NCBI GenBank assembly: GCA_965209085.1
Contig: OZ242376.1
Coordinates: forward strand, 1,536,001-1,600,000
DNA from: Nitrosopumilaceae archaeon
Lineage (GTDB): Archaea; Thermoproteota; Nitrososphaeria; Nitrososphaerales; Nitrosopumilaceae
DNA length: 64,000 bases
Direction of reading: 5' to 3'
Both the position numbers and the translations under genes were made by a program. Numbering within the stretch: the stretch's first letter is position 1; the number at the start of each line of letters is the position of its first letter. The notes beneath the pieces are model-generated. The model ran no database searches, was not told the DNA's origin, and worked only from the letters and a program-made list of their open reading frames with translations. Below are positions 8,996 through 19,465 of this stretch, in pieces.

Positions 8996-11629
8996 TTGCT
9001 AGGTAATAGACAACTTTTCAAAATTGGATCATTTGATATGCGCTTGCACCATCTGCTTGTGGTAGCTGTTCTTGTCATGGCAGTGTCCATGTCCGCAATG
9101 GTGCGGTCATATCCGTTAGAATATGGGTATGAGCTAAATGAATTTGATCCGTTTTTTAATTTTAGAGCCACACAATATTTGGTTGATAACGGATGGTTTG
9201 CATACAAGGATTGGCACGATGACAGAGTGTGGTATCCTGCAGGACGCGATATTTCCAATACCTCTCAGGAAATGCAACATTTTACTGCGGCAGGACTTTA
9301 CAAGGTATTTGGAGGAGGCATGACATTATATGATTTCATAATACCTCTGCCGCTGATATTTGGCTCACTTACCGCGATAGCAGTTTTCGCCATGGTTCGG
9401 GTCATAGGCGGCACCACCGCAGGTATGCTAGCATCCATGTTTTTTGCAATTTCAATTCCGGTCATAAACAGAGGTACAATAGGATGGTTCAAGTCAGAAC
9501 CGTTGGGACTTTTTTATGGAATAATTGGAATGTACTTGTTTTTGAGCGGTATAAAATCAGATACCCGTAGAATGGCACTGACAAAACTTGTTTTTGGCGG
9601 CATAATGGTTGCATTTGCTCTTTCTGCGTGGGGAGGCTCTCAATTTTTTATAGTGCCAATAGGAATATTCCTTTTTGCACTTCCGATTATCCGCAAGGAT
9701 TTTGGTGCAATTACATTACGGGTAATCGTGTTCGCAGCATCATTACTTGCCACCATGGCATTTTTTGAGAGAGGAGGCGTCAATGCAATAACCGGAATGG
9801 TGGGACCTGCCATTATTATTCCCACGTTATTCAATGTAATTTGTTATGTTATACAGAAAAAATGGCCACAAAAAGCTCGATTTATCATAATACGACTGTT
9901 TGCAGGTTTAATGGGAACAAGTATCGTGGCGATCACAATTAACGCAATATATCAAATCTTACCCTTTGGACACAGACAATTTGTAGCACTAAATCCATTC
10001 TTAAAATCAGAAAGTGTCATTTCACAATCTGTTGCAGAACACGCTACAACTACCATTACACAGTCTTTTTCGTTTTTTTCGATACTTTTGATATTTGCCG
10101 GATTAGGGGCATGGCTCTTGCTTGTTAATAGGGATAAAATGAAAACATATTTGCCAATTATTCCATTTGATATGGCAGTATTTGCGCTCATATTGTCAAT
10201 CATGGGAGTTTATCTTAGTTCCGCTTTCATCAGACTTGAATTATACACTACAATCGCCACTAGTGTTTTGGCATCAATTGCCATAGCCATTATTAGTGCA
10301 GAGATACTAAAACCCCGCGTACACTCAAAAAAACATGCTAGAATTCATCCGACAGTAAAGATTGCATTTGTGGCAGTAATTGTGGTTCTTTTAATCACAC
10401 CAACACTTACTCCAGTATACGGAAATTGGACAAATGCATCTAGAGGTCCTCCAACTTTACTTACAGGTGGATCAAGTGCGGCAATAAACAACGACTGGCC
10501 TGAAACATTTGAGTGGATAAAGACTAACACTCCAAAAGATGCCATAATAGGATCATGGTGGGATTATGGTTATTGGCTGACCACAATGACCAATAGAATT
10601 AGCCTTGCGGATAACGGTACGTTAAGTACAGAACAAATTGCCAAGATTGGTCGTACGCTAGTCAGCGATCCGGATAAAGCATGGAAAGTGTTTACAGACT
10701 GGAATGTGGATTATTTTATGATATTTATTGCCGCTCAAAAGCTGCAGGGTACTCCGCCACTGTATTTACTAACCGGAGGAGGCGATGAAAGTAAAAAAGT
10801 ATGGTTCATAAGAATTGGCGGAGAAGATCTTCACAGGTATACTTACAGTGATGGATTTAGCGGTACGGATTACTTTTGGGAAGATACATTGTTGGGTAGC
10901 ATGATACCATTTTCAATATCCACATACTATAACCAACAGACGGGTGAACAAAGTCCGACTTATCGTACAGGGTATGTTGGGATATACCACAAGGATATAA
11001 AATATCCATCAACTGGGGATGGACCATTAAAACTAGCATACGCGTCAAATTCATTTGTAGAAGATCATAATGGAATAACTGGTGTGCTCATATACGAGAT
11101 AAATAAAGACTATATTCCATCGGATGTAAAACCAGACTCGGATCAAAATACTGCTCGTGTAACCACCGGTTTGGGACAATTTACGATAGAGCTTGATCGT
11201 GATGCAGCTCCAAATACGGTACAAAACTTTGTAAATCTTACAGAATCAGGATTCTACGATAACACGATATTTCACAGAATTATTCCAGGTTACATATTGC
11301 AAGGAGGAGATCCAAATACAAAATACCAAGGCAGGGACACGTGGGGATTTGGAAATCCAGGATACAGTATAGATGCCGAATATAATGACTTGTCCCATAC
11401 AAAATATGCCGTATCCATGGCTAGAACAGACGATGTAAACAGTGCCGGTTCCCAATTTTTCATCATGCTAGAAGATTCCACCCAACTTGACGGTCAATAT
11501 ACGGTATTTGGCCATGTTACGCAGGGTCATAGCGTAATTGATCGACTTGCCGTGTTAAACACAACGGATAATGAACAACCCATACAAGGATATGATGCAA
11601 TGGTTGAAAAGATAGAGATTATACGTTAG
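8996..11629 (+). CDS. aglB: Oligosaccharyltransferase AglB/STT3 fused to a C-terminal cyclophilin-type PPIase
   Basis: NEFDP, SVAEH and WWDYG STT3 motifs; C-terminal 'FHRIIPGYILQGGDP', 'SMAR..SAGSQFFI', 'LDGQYTVFG' cyclophilin motifs in the same frame. Confidence 0.93.
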   Translation: MLGNRQLFKIGSFDMRLHHLLVVAVLVMAVSMSAMVRSYPLEYGYELNEFDPFFNFRATQYLVDNGWFAYKDWHDDRVWYPAGRDISNTSQEMQHFTAAGLYKVFGGGMTLYDFIIPLPLIFGSLTAIAVFAMVRVIGGTTAGMLASMFFAISIPVINRGTIGWFKSEPLGLFYGIIGMYLFLSGIKSDTRRMALTKLVFGGIMVAFALSAWGGSQFFIVPIGIFLFALPIIRKDFGAITLRVIVFAASLLATMAFFERGGVNAITGMVGPAIIIPTLFNVICYVIQKKWPQKARFIIIRLFAGLMGTSIVAITINAIYQILPFGHRQFVALNPFLKSESVISQSVAEHATTTITQSFSFFSILLIFAGLGAWLLLVNRDKMKTYLPIIPFDMAVFALILSIMGVYLSSAFIRLELYTTIATSVLASIAIAIISAEILKPRVHSKKHARIHPTVKIAFVAVIVVLLITPTLTPVYGNWTNASRGPPTLLTGGSSAAINNDWPETFEWIKTNTPKDAIIGSWWDYGYWLTTMTNRISLADNGTLSTEQIAKIGRTLVSDPDKAWKVFTDWNVDYFMIFIAAQKLQGTPPLYLLTGGGDESKKVWFIRIGGEDLHRYTYSDGFSGTDYFWEDTLLGSMIPFSISTYYNQQTGEQSPTYRTGYVGIYHKDIKYPSTGDGPLKLAYASNSFVEDHNGITGVLIYEINKDYIPSDVKPDSDQNTARVTTGLGQFTIELDRDAAPNTVQNFVNLTESGFYDNTIFHRIIPGYILQGGDPNTKYQGRDTWGFGNPGYSIDAEYNDLSHTKYAVSMARTDDVNSAGSQFFIMLEDSTQLDGQYTVFGHVTQGHSVIDRLAVLNTTDNEQPIQGYDAMVEKIEIIR

Positions 11630-11781
11630 TCATAGTTTTCCGCAAGACGGTATCGGGCATATTTATCATCTGGAGAATATTTTGCAGGATGAGCTAATTT
11701 TGTATCCGTACCGCATTTTGGACAAATTGGTTTAAAAGTGTAAACGGTACATTTTTCGCATTTAAGAAGTTGAAACTTCAT
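11626..11781 (-). CDS. nop10: H/ACA RNP protein Nop10 (51 aa, below the ORF-track cutoff)
   Basis: Hand translation MKFQLLKCEKCTVYTFKPICPKCGTDTKLAHPAKYSPDDKYARYRLAENYD; canonical position after aIF2-alpha. Confidence 0.95.
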   Translation of the reverse strand: MKFQLLKCEKCTVYTFKPICPKCGTDTKLAHPAKYSPDDKYARYRLAENYD

Positions 11782-12561
11782 TTAATCAGTCCTAGTCTTT
11801 TTTGATTCTTCTCTGACAAATTGAAACAAACCTTTTTTCTTTTCAATTGACTGCTGTATTTTAGATATAATTGGTTTTATTGCACGTTCAGCTGATTTGA
11901 AATCACTAGCAATTACTGACAATCGGTATTTAGGCGCCCCCATGTAAGATATTTCAATGCCATCATTTTTGGCAGCACTCATCAATACGTTACGGATTGT
12001 TTCAACACCGTTAGAATTTTTAACAGATATGTCCATTATTCCTCGAATTTCAACTGACGATAATCGGATTTTTGAGCTGGTTTCAATCATAGCAGCTTCT
12101 GTATCTTTTGGCAAGTTTAACGGTTTTATCGATTGTTCACCTTCACGTGCAATTGTTGAAAAAGCATCATACACGGATTCAAATTTCTCATACAAGATCT
12201 CTTCTAATTTTTCAGCATCAGTGTCAGAAAGATTGGTTTTTTGAATTACACTGTTTAGTAGTGTTTTACCTTTATCATATTTTTTAACTTCTAATAGTTT
12301 TTTCTTTCGTTGATCAGCAGATATTTGTTTGAGAGATAGATCAATATCGGATCGATTTTTGCTTACTCTTTTTACCAGTAGAACCTTTTTTTCTCCGATT
12401 TTTACGTATTTATTGACTGAACGGATCCAGCCTGGAGCAATTTCAGATATGTGTAGAAAACCTTGGATATTGTCATATTCATCCAATGTGACATAAGCAC
12501 CGTGATCCATAATTTTGGTCACAGTTGCTAGAATAATTTCGCCAACTTCTGGGAATTCCAT
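11782..12561 (-). CDS. eif2a: Translation initiation factor 2 subunit alpha
   Basis: S1 domain 'PEVGE...GAYVTLDEY..GFLHISEI', 'IDLSLK', 'GAPKYR'. Confidence 0.95.
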   Translation of the reverse strand: MEFPEVGEIILATVTKIMDHGAYVTLDEYDNIQGFLHISEIAPGWIRSVNKYVKIGEKKVLLVKRVSKNRSDIDLSLKQISADQRKKKLLEVKKYDKGKTLLNSVIQKTNLSDTDAEKLEEILYEKFESVYDAFSTIAREGEQSIKPLNLPKDTEAAMIETSSKIRLSSVEIRGIMDISVKNSNGVETIRNVLMSAAKNDGIEISYMGAPKYRLSVIASDFKSAERAIKPIISKIQQSIEKKKGLFQFVREESKKTRTD

Positions 12562-12720
12562 ATAATATCACAATAATATCATGTAATTTAATGTTAGTCC
12601 AAAACATATGAAATAAAATTAATCATTTGTATACAAAATATGGAAGATGTGCCTAACAATCAACACATTTGTTGTCATTATTTCAATAAGCAATTAATAC
12701 TTAATAGAAATATTTGCGTT

Positions 12721-14229
12721 ATGAGTGACATTCGGGTAAACTATGTTGGAATGATTTCATTTTTTTCAAATTTGGCACTCTTAATTGGAGGGTTATTTTT
12801 CTCAATAATGATAACTAGACTGTTAGAACCAGAAGATTTTGGATTTTGGGTTTTAATATCAGGCATGGTATCATATGTTGTTATTATAGATCCGGTTTCA
12901 TCATATTGGATTACAAGGAAAATATCAAGAGGTCACAAGATTGCAAAAACTGGAATTGCCAATAGTGCAATATTATCAAGTGGCGGTTTAATCATATATG
13001 TTGGTTTAATATTATATGTAAATGCCACTCTTGAAGTTGATTTTATTATTTTAGTTGTTTCAATATTATTCATTCCTACTGTATTTATTCAAAATGCAAT
13101 AACTGCCGTATGTTTGGGGTGTAAACCACAAGTTAATTCATACGGTAGAATGGTTGCCATGATTTCTAAAATACTTGTTGGTGTATTACTAGTATTTGTT
13201 TTACAATGGGGAATAATGGGATTTATAATTGCAATTATTGTTGAAAATATTATATGCGCAATTACCATGTTAATTTTGATTCGTTCCAGAGACATATTTG
13301 GGATAATTGATAAAGATTTCATACGATATACTTTTTCAATGTCATGGTTGACATTATACATAAATGTGCATACTTTGATACGCAGTGCAGATGTTTTAAT
13401 ATTTCCAATAATAACAGGATCATTAACGGCCGTAGCATACTTGGGAATCGGCATGGCGATAAGTCGATTCATAGAATATTCAGGAGCAATGACGCAAGGT
13501 TTGTATTCAAAAATACTTTCCACAGGTGATGTCAGATATGCCATAGATAATTTACGTTACACGTTATTTGTTGCCATACCCATATTAGCATTGGTTATTG
13601 CATTATCAAAACCAATATTATTTATATTAAATCCGTTATATGGGCATATTTCCATTCCAATAATATTATTTTCTTTCCATATATTTTTGTTCATTATATT
13701 CATGTTTGCCATAAATGTGCTAAGAGGTAAAGACAAGGTAGATATTGATAAAAAGAGTAATTTTAAGAAATATATCAATAGTGATTTATTTCAAACATCC
13801 ACCATATTACTAATTTATTCTACATCATACATAATTACGTTTACAGTATTGTTATACTCTGGTATATTTGGAAATACAGATTTGGAATTAATCACAGGTT
13901 GGACGTTAACTATACTTGTATTTACTACCATTTTTACCACATATACATTGATTTTATTAAGACGAAAATATTCTATATCACTTCCCTACGTATCTATGAT
14001 CAAATATGCATTGGCTACAATACCATTAATTATTACAATAAATTACATGTTAGAACAATTTTTCACATATTCTAGCGATATAATTGATTTGACCATACAG
14101 ACATTATTACTTATGACGGCAGGATTGTTAATTTATCTATCAATTACCATCACTATAGACAAACCGTGTAGAAATTTGATGGTAAAGTGTTTGAGAGAAA
14201 TAGATAAAATTAGAAAATCCAAATTATAA
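12721..14229 (+). CDS. Oligosaccharide/polysaccharide flippase (Wzx/MOP superfamily)
   Basis: Many hydrophobic helices; N-terminal 'ITRLLEPEDFGFW' typical of Wzx-like flippases; AT-rich. Confidence 0.75.
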   Translation: MSDIRVNYVGMISFFSNLALLIGGLFFSIMITRLLEPEDFGFWVLISGMVSYVVIIDPVSSYWITRKISRGHKIAKTGIANSAILSSGGLIIYVGLILYVNATLEVDFIILVVSILFIPTVFIQNAITAVCLGCKPQVNSYGRMVAMISKILVGVLLVFVLQWGIMGFIIAIIVENIICAITMLILIRSRDIFGIIDKDFIRYTFSMSWLTLYINVHTLIRSADVLIFPIITGSLTAVAYLGIGMAISRFIEYSGAMTQGLYSKILSTGDVRYAIDNLRYTLFVAIPILALVIALSKPILFILNPLYGHISIPIILFSFHIFLFIIFMFAINVLRGKDKVDIDKKSNFKKYINSDLFQTSTILLIYSTSYIITFTVLLYSGIFGNTDLELITGWTLTILVFTTIFTTYTLILLRRKYSISLPYVSMIKYALATIPLIITINYMLEQFFTYSSDIIDLTIQTLLLMTAGLLIYLSITITIDKPCRNLMVKCLREIDKIRKSKL

Positions 14230-14320
14230 AAATACGAGTTATTTTTATCCATAATTAATGGATGTAGTTATAAAAATAAATTTGAATGTTTATGATTATG
14301 TTTTAAGAGTTAATTTATAC

Positions 14321-15298
14321 TCACATTTTTACAAATCCAGTTCCGGTTCTGCCTATGCTTTTCCAATCGTATATGTCATCAATCAATGTGTTACCATAAT
14401 AACTCCATTCTGCCCTAGAACTTTTTCTAGCAATTTGTACAATATTATGATCGTTGTGCTTGGATGCCCATTGGTAACCTTTGAAAAGATAGGGATAGAC
14501 AAACATAAACGAATAAAATCTTATACCAATATTAGGGAATTTATGCATTAATGTTAGCGCATATTTTATTAATTTAGAATCTATTTTTATATCATCTCCA
14601 GAATGGGCATACCAGTATATGCCTTTTGAAAATTGTTGCCAGTATAAATCATTGTTCTCATAATCTAACGATTGATTGCTGAATTTGTTGCTATAGTCGT
14701 ATCTATAATTTTTATTTTTTTTTATGCATTCAATAATAAAAGTGTCATTGCCATTGTAAATTTTTTGATAATTTTCAAAATCAATACATTCAAAAAAATA
14801 TGGCCGGTAAATCCAAATGACTCCAGACCAAGCATCAGTCATTTTGCTCATGATTAGATCATAACAATAAGTTTTGATTTTATCTCTGATTGTCTGTACA
14901 TTATGTATTGCTGGTGCCGAGTGAGCTACAATATTTAAAGTGCCCACTGCATCATATCCTGTCATTGCAGATGGTAAAACTAACGAATCAACATTTAACA
15001 TGAGTATTTTATCATTTTTACTTGCATTAATACAATCCCAAATTATATGAGATAACGGCATGTTCCAAGTTTTATCGTGTTTGGTTGAAACATATCTTTG
15101 TCCATTAAATCCATGTTTATTACATATTTGATTTATCACAGAGATCAAGGTTTGGTTTTCAGGTGCATCAATTCCAAAAATTATCTCTTGGGGATGAAGA
15201 TTAATTATTGCTGGAATTGTTTTTTCTGCAAATTTTAATTCCTTTTCAGTACCCAAAATAGGCATAATAACGGAAAAATTATTGTATATGTTTTCCAT
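14321..15298 (-). CDS. Divergent GT-A (GT2-like) glycosyltransferase, paralog of 15785..16723
   Basis: 'FSVIMP', 'EIIFGID', 'ASKNDKILMLNVD' and 'NGND' map onto GT2 motif positions. Confidence 0.55.
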   Translation of the reverse strand: MENIYNNFSVIMPILGTEKELKFAEKTIPAIINLHPQEIIFGIDAPENQTLISVINQICNKHGFNGQRYVSTKHDKTWNMPLSHIIWDCINASKNDKILMLNVDSLVLPSAMTGYDAVGTLNIVAHSAPAIHNVQTIRDKIKTYCYDLIMSKMTDAWSGVIWIYRPYFFECIDFENYQKIYNGNDTFIIECIKKNKNYRYDYSNKFSNQSLDYENNDLYWQQFSKGIYWYAHSGDDIKIDSKLIKYALTLMHKFPNIGIRFYSFMFVYPYLFKGYQWASKHNDHNIVQIARKSSRAEWSYYGNTLIDDIYDWKSIGRTGTGFVKM

Positions 15299-15343
15299 TA
15301 TTGTTATTCGTTAAAATACTTATTTAAATGTAGATCATAATGA

Positions 15344-15700
15344 TACGCAGTTGTATAACCTGTTTAGCTGCACATCTAACAATAATCTCATCTAAACAAA
15401 TAGATCACCTTCAGATATGGGGATTATTGATAAAAACAAAACCCATCAGAAATGATCCGTATAGAATACATTATGTCAATTAATATTTCTCTCGTATGTC
15501 TTTATCGCACCATATACAGACAGACAGCATTACCGTAAGATGTTATGCATGAACGATCACAAATACATCACACGTGATAAATTTTAAAAAATCCCAAGTC
15601 CAGAGGATCCAAATCAGGACAAAAAACAAGGACAAAAACGGCAGACGTTTCGAGTATGCAGACAGCATGTTTTAAACGCTTGGCATTAATCAAATCATAT
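15344..15700 (+). mobile_element. Truncated, degenerate left end of the IS5-family element at 33056-34376
   Basis: Starts TACGCAGTTGTATAAC (TIR variant); aligns by eye with the reverse complement of ~34010-34376, including a broken transposase 5' end. Confidence 0.88.
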
Positions 15701-15784
15701 ACGAGTACTTTCTCACCCACAAAGTACGGACCTCATATGTGTGAAAATAAATAATACTTATATTATATAATTAATTAACAAATT

Positions 15785-16723
15785 TTGGGTATGGAATTAA
15801 AAACACATTTTAACAAATTCACATTTCTTGTTCCATGCGCTGGATCTACAAAAGAGATGAATTTTGCCAGAAAATCATTGCCAAAAATTATAAAACTCGA
15901 GCCATCTGAAATCATTTTTGGCATGAATGACCCTACAAATCCTGAAATTGTGGATATAATTGACACCATATGCAAATCAGAACACTATACATCATACAGA
16001 TACGTCAAAGTAAAACCTGATGCAAATTGGAATTTTCAATTAGCTCATGTCGTATGGTCATGTATAGAGAAATCTTCCAACGATGTAATATGTGTGATCA
16101 ATATTGATGAAAGCGTAAAACCTGAGCTATTAAAAGGTGCGAATTATGTAGGCAGAAATAATACAGTCATGTATTCTGCTCAAGCTGTACCATACATGGA
16201 AAAATATTCTGATGTGTTCAAACGGATATCGCATCAAATTAATCTATGGTTCGAACCAGAACCATTCAGGAGGTTTACCGGTGTTTTTTGGGTTTATAGA
16301 CCATACTTTATGAATTTTATGGACAAATCATATTACATGTCAATACGTAATGGGATGGACGCGACATTATTTGAAAAAGGTGAATTGTCAGAATACAACA
16401 TAATTTATTCGCGTAAATACTCGTCTACGTCATTGGACATTGATCATGATGCTCTACCACAAATACAAGTCCTTACTGGTATCTGGAATTACGTACATCA
16501 CATATACGATAAGAGATCAAAAATAATCGGGCATAAAAGATGGGCAAAATTAGCTTCGCTCAAAACAGGCACCCCTTGGAAATACAAAGGTTACATATAT
16601 GCTATGAAACATTTTGAAGACTCTCTAGTTCAAAAAGCATCAAAAAAATCTAAATTTGACTATATTGCACTATGGAAATCATCATCTCATGAAATAGCCA
16701 AACTAATCGACAAGATTACATAA
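15785..16723 (+). CDS. Divergent GT-A (GT2-like) glycosyltransferase, paralog of 14321..15298
   Basis: 'FTFLVP', 'EIIFGMND', 'SSNDVICVINID', 'GVFWVYRPYF' and 'NGMD' blocks shared with the paralog. Confidence 0.55.
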   Translation: MGMELKTHFNKFTFLVPCAGSTKEMNFARKSLPKIIKLEPSEIIFGMNDPTNPEIVDIIDTICKSEHYTSYRYVKVKPDANWNFQLAHVVWSCIEKSSNDVICVINIDESVKPELLKGANYVGRNNTVMYSAQAVPYMEKYSDVFKRISHQINLWFEPEPFRRFTGVFWVYRPYFMNFMDKSYYMSIRNGMDATLFEKGELSEYNIIYSRKYSSTSLDIDHDALPQIQVLTGIWNYVHHIYDKRSKIIGHKRWAKLASLKTGTPWKYKGYIYAMKHFEDSLVQKASKKSKFDYIALWKSSSHEIAKLIDKIT

Positions 16724-16787
16724 TGAACCAAATTCACAATTTTTACGAATAAAAATGATTGATTTGAATGATTATGTACAAGGTCTA
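16708..16787. mobile_element. 80-bp MITE, degenerate copy of 29834-29913
   Basis: Core CAAATTCACAATTTTTACGAATAAAAATGAT.GATTTGAATGATTATG shared with the second copy; right end AGGTCTA. Confidence 0.8.
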
Positions 16788-16810
16788 ATGTAAAACAATA
16801 GAATTAACTT

Positions 16811-18297
16811 TGGACTGGACACCATAAAATGAGAACATCCAAAGTGGAACAAATTTTATCTAGGCTATGAGGAATTTATCAATGAAAAGACCACATCATA
16901 CATTTCAAGTATTATAATGGTTCGGACCCCTGTACAATGAGAACGTTTTTTGCATTAAAAATGATAGGATCAGTGGGCTCATTTGTCTTGCCCTCCGCGC
17001 GATGTCAAATTCTGATGGCATCGCACATCCTATTGCAGAGTGTACCCAGTTCTGATTATAGTCCTCAAAGGCGTATGATATTGCATTCTGCATCCTGGAA
17101 CGTCTCAAAGTCGCGCGGCCAGACATACTCTTTCTTGAGATTCTTGTGGAAGGATTCCACATGAGCATTTTGCTCTGGCGTATGGCGGTGAATGAATTCC
17201 GGCCTCACACCGTATGCTTTTACAGCTTGTCAAACTGTAATGAAACATACTGGGAACCGTTATCTGTTCTTAGAGTAAGATTTGAGCAATCTGGTTTCTT
17301 GGAGGCTAAAGCTTCAGTTAATGCTGCAATGGCACCGTCCGTGACCGCTCTTGGCTCAAACGCATATCCTACCCATTCGCGGGTAAATGCAAAGGATGTT
17401 GAATAGGTAACACCATCTGTCCTGACCGCACCAAATGTACGTCATGTCAGCTTGCCTGAGCTGATCCGGTCTTGTGGGTTTTGGGCGCTTCCTTGAGCGA
17501 ATGATCTCTTTTTTGGGTTTTGTAGGCGTACTCTAGCCTAGATAATGGTATATTTTCTTCACTTTTTTGCAGTTTACAGGTTTACATGTAATGCGAGATA
17601 TGGTGGCAGTCATTCTTCGTGTTCCATACGTGGGTCTGCTTGAAGCAACCTGTTGTATCATCTTTGAGATTTCTTTGTCGATTTGGATGGTGCGTGGTTT
17701 TTTTGATGCGTACAGCATATTGTTGGATACTCCTACATAACGTATGGATTTGCGTGTACTGGGAACCTTGTTTTTGCATGAGGGTCAATGCTTTCATTTT
17801 GTGCTCTCCTCTAACGTTTTTTTTAAAACATCATTGGCTAGGGTCAGATCTCCAATGAGTTTTTGAGGGATTCATTTTCACTTGTAAGCGTCTTGACTGC
17901 ATTGTCCCTAGGCTTTCCGGAAAGAGCAGCTTTGCCGGATTCAATGAATGACTCCCTCCAACGATTGAACGTCATCGGACGGATATTGTGTCTGCGGCAC
18001 AGCTCAGCTGGTGGTAATGCGTGTGTTTATTGACTCTATGATGATACGCACCTTTTCATCTGGAGCACGATGTGGTTTTTTCATTGGCAAATCCACTCCT
18101 GAAGGGATAAAATTTGTAACACTTGTAGTGTTCTCATTTTATGGGGTCCACTCCAATAATCGATATAAGATACATTCTGTAATAGGATATGCGATACCAT
18201 CAGAATTTGGTTTTGTGTGATGGATAATGATAAAATGACTCCACTGATCCTTTCACGTTTAATACAAAAAACGTTTTCATTTTAAAGGTTTACGCCA
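16811..18297 (+). mobile_element. Internally deleted IS3-derived element (16811-16917 plus 18160-18297) split by the IS3 copy at 16918-18155
   Basis: Left end TGGACTGGACACCATAAAATGAGAAC and right end ...AAAAAACGTTTTCATTTTAAAGGTTTACGCCA match the ends of the inner IS3 in opposite orientation. Confidence 0.75.
16918..18155 (-). mobile_element. IS3-family insertion sequence, full length but pseudogenised (orfA/orfB with frameshifts and stops)
   Basis: Imperfect TIRs TGGTTCGGACCCCTGTACAATGAGAAC / TGGAGTGGACCCCATAAAATGAGAAC; ATAA duplication at 16914-16917 and 18156-18159; fragments 'YGTRRM', 'ADMTYI', 'LRTDNGSQY', 'PEQNAHVESFHKNLKKE'; A8 slippery run at 17817-17824. Confidence 0.92.
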
Positions 18298-18383
18298 ATT
18301 GAAGCTATGTCAATATTTATGTAAATGTACATGCGGTTAAGATGTGTATAATCAGATACTGTTAATAGGACATTTCATGGTGT

Positions 18384-19409
18384 TTGTACGTGCTTAGTAA
18401 AGATATGTTGGATAAATATGATACACGACGTATGTATGAAGTATATGATAATTGGCCAAAAATAGCACGTGAGTCATATGAAAAAAAAATCATGCCAATA
18501 AATTTTGATAATGTGAATCACGTGGTATTTGTTGGAATGGGTGGTTCAGGAACGGCATCGGATATTTTTTATTCAATTTTATCTCAAACATCTATTCATG
18601 TTACTGTGGTAAAAGGTTATGTCTTGCCTAAAAACATAGATGAAAACACACTTGTGATCATGATAAGCGTATCGGGTAATACTAAAGAGACGCTAACCGC
18701 ATTAAAATCTTCATTGCAATACAATTGTATGAAAATGGCATTTTCTGCTGGAGGACTGATTGAAAAATTTGCCAATGACAATAAAATTGAACATAGATCT
18801 TTAACAATGTATTCAAATCCTAGATTATCGTTGCCATCAATAGTATATACAATGTTAAATATTTTGGAAACTACGTTATCAATTAATAAAAATGACATAT
18901 ATGATTCAATAAAAGCATTAGAAAATTGTAGTCAAAAAATTTGTTCAGATAATCTCACAGATGAAAATCCATCACTAAAATTAGCAATGCAGTTATCAAA
19001 AATATGTCTCATATATTATCCTCACGGGCTACAGACTGTTGCAACAAGATTTAAAAATTCCATACATGAAAATATGAAAAAACATGCGTTAATTGAAAAT
19101 ATTATAGAATCATGTCACAATCAAATAATGGCATGGGAAGATAATACGGACATATTACCTATTTTATTACATGGCTCAGATGATCATGTCAAAACTATTA
19201 ACAGATGGAATGTGATTAAGAAATTTTTTGCCGCACGTAAAATTGATTATAAAGAATTCAATGTGACAGGAAACAATATTTTAACTAAAAATATGAGTTC
19301 AATATACGAATTAGATTATGCCACATTATATAATGCCGTTATAGAAAAAACAGATCCGTATACTATCGAGTCCATAGATTATATAAAAAAGTTATTAAAT
19401 AACGAATAA
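18384..19409 (+). CDS. Bifunctional phosphoglucose/phosphomannose isomerase-like SIS-domain protein
   Basis: GMGGSG, SVSGNTKET, 'RFKNSIHEN' and 'ESCHN' motifs. Confidence 0.88.
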   Translation: MYVLSKDMLDKYDTRRMYEVYDNWPKIARESYEKKIMPINFDNVNHVVFVGMGGSGTASDIFYSILSQTSIHVTVVKGYVLPKNIDENTLVIMISVSGNTKETLTALKSSLQYNCMKMAFSAGGLIEKFANDNKIEHRSLTMYSNPRLSLPSIVYTMLNILETTLSINKNDIYDSIKALENCSQKICSDNLTDENPSLKLAMQLSKICLIYYPHGLQTVATRFKNSIHENMKKHALIENIIESCHNQIMAWEDNTDILPILLHGSDDHVKTINRWNVIKKFFAARKIDYKEFNVTGNNILTKNMSSIYELDYATLYNAVIEKTDPYTIESIDYIKKLLNNE

Positions 19410-19465
19410 CATATGCATGATCAAGTATTTGTAATTTAACGGTGCTCATGATCATAGTTACATCA

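Noticed and set aside
17146-18220. Short ORFs in this interval as independent genes
   Set aside because: They are fragments or antisense frames of the decayed IS3 transposase
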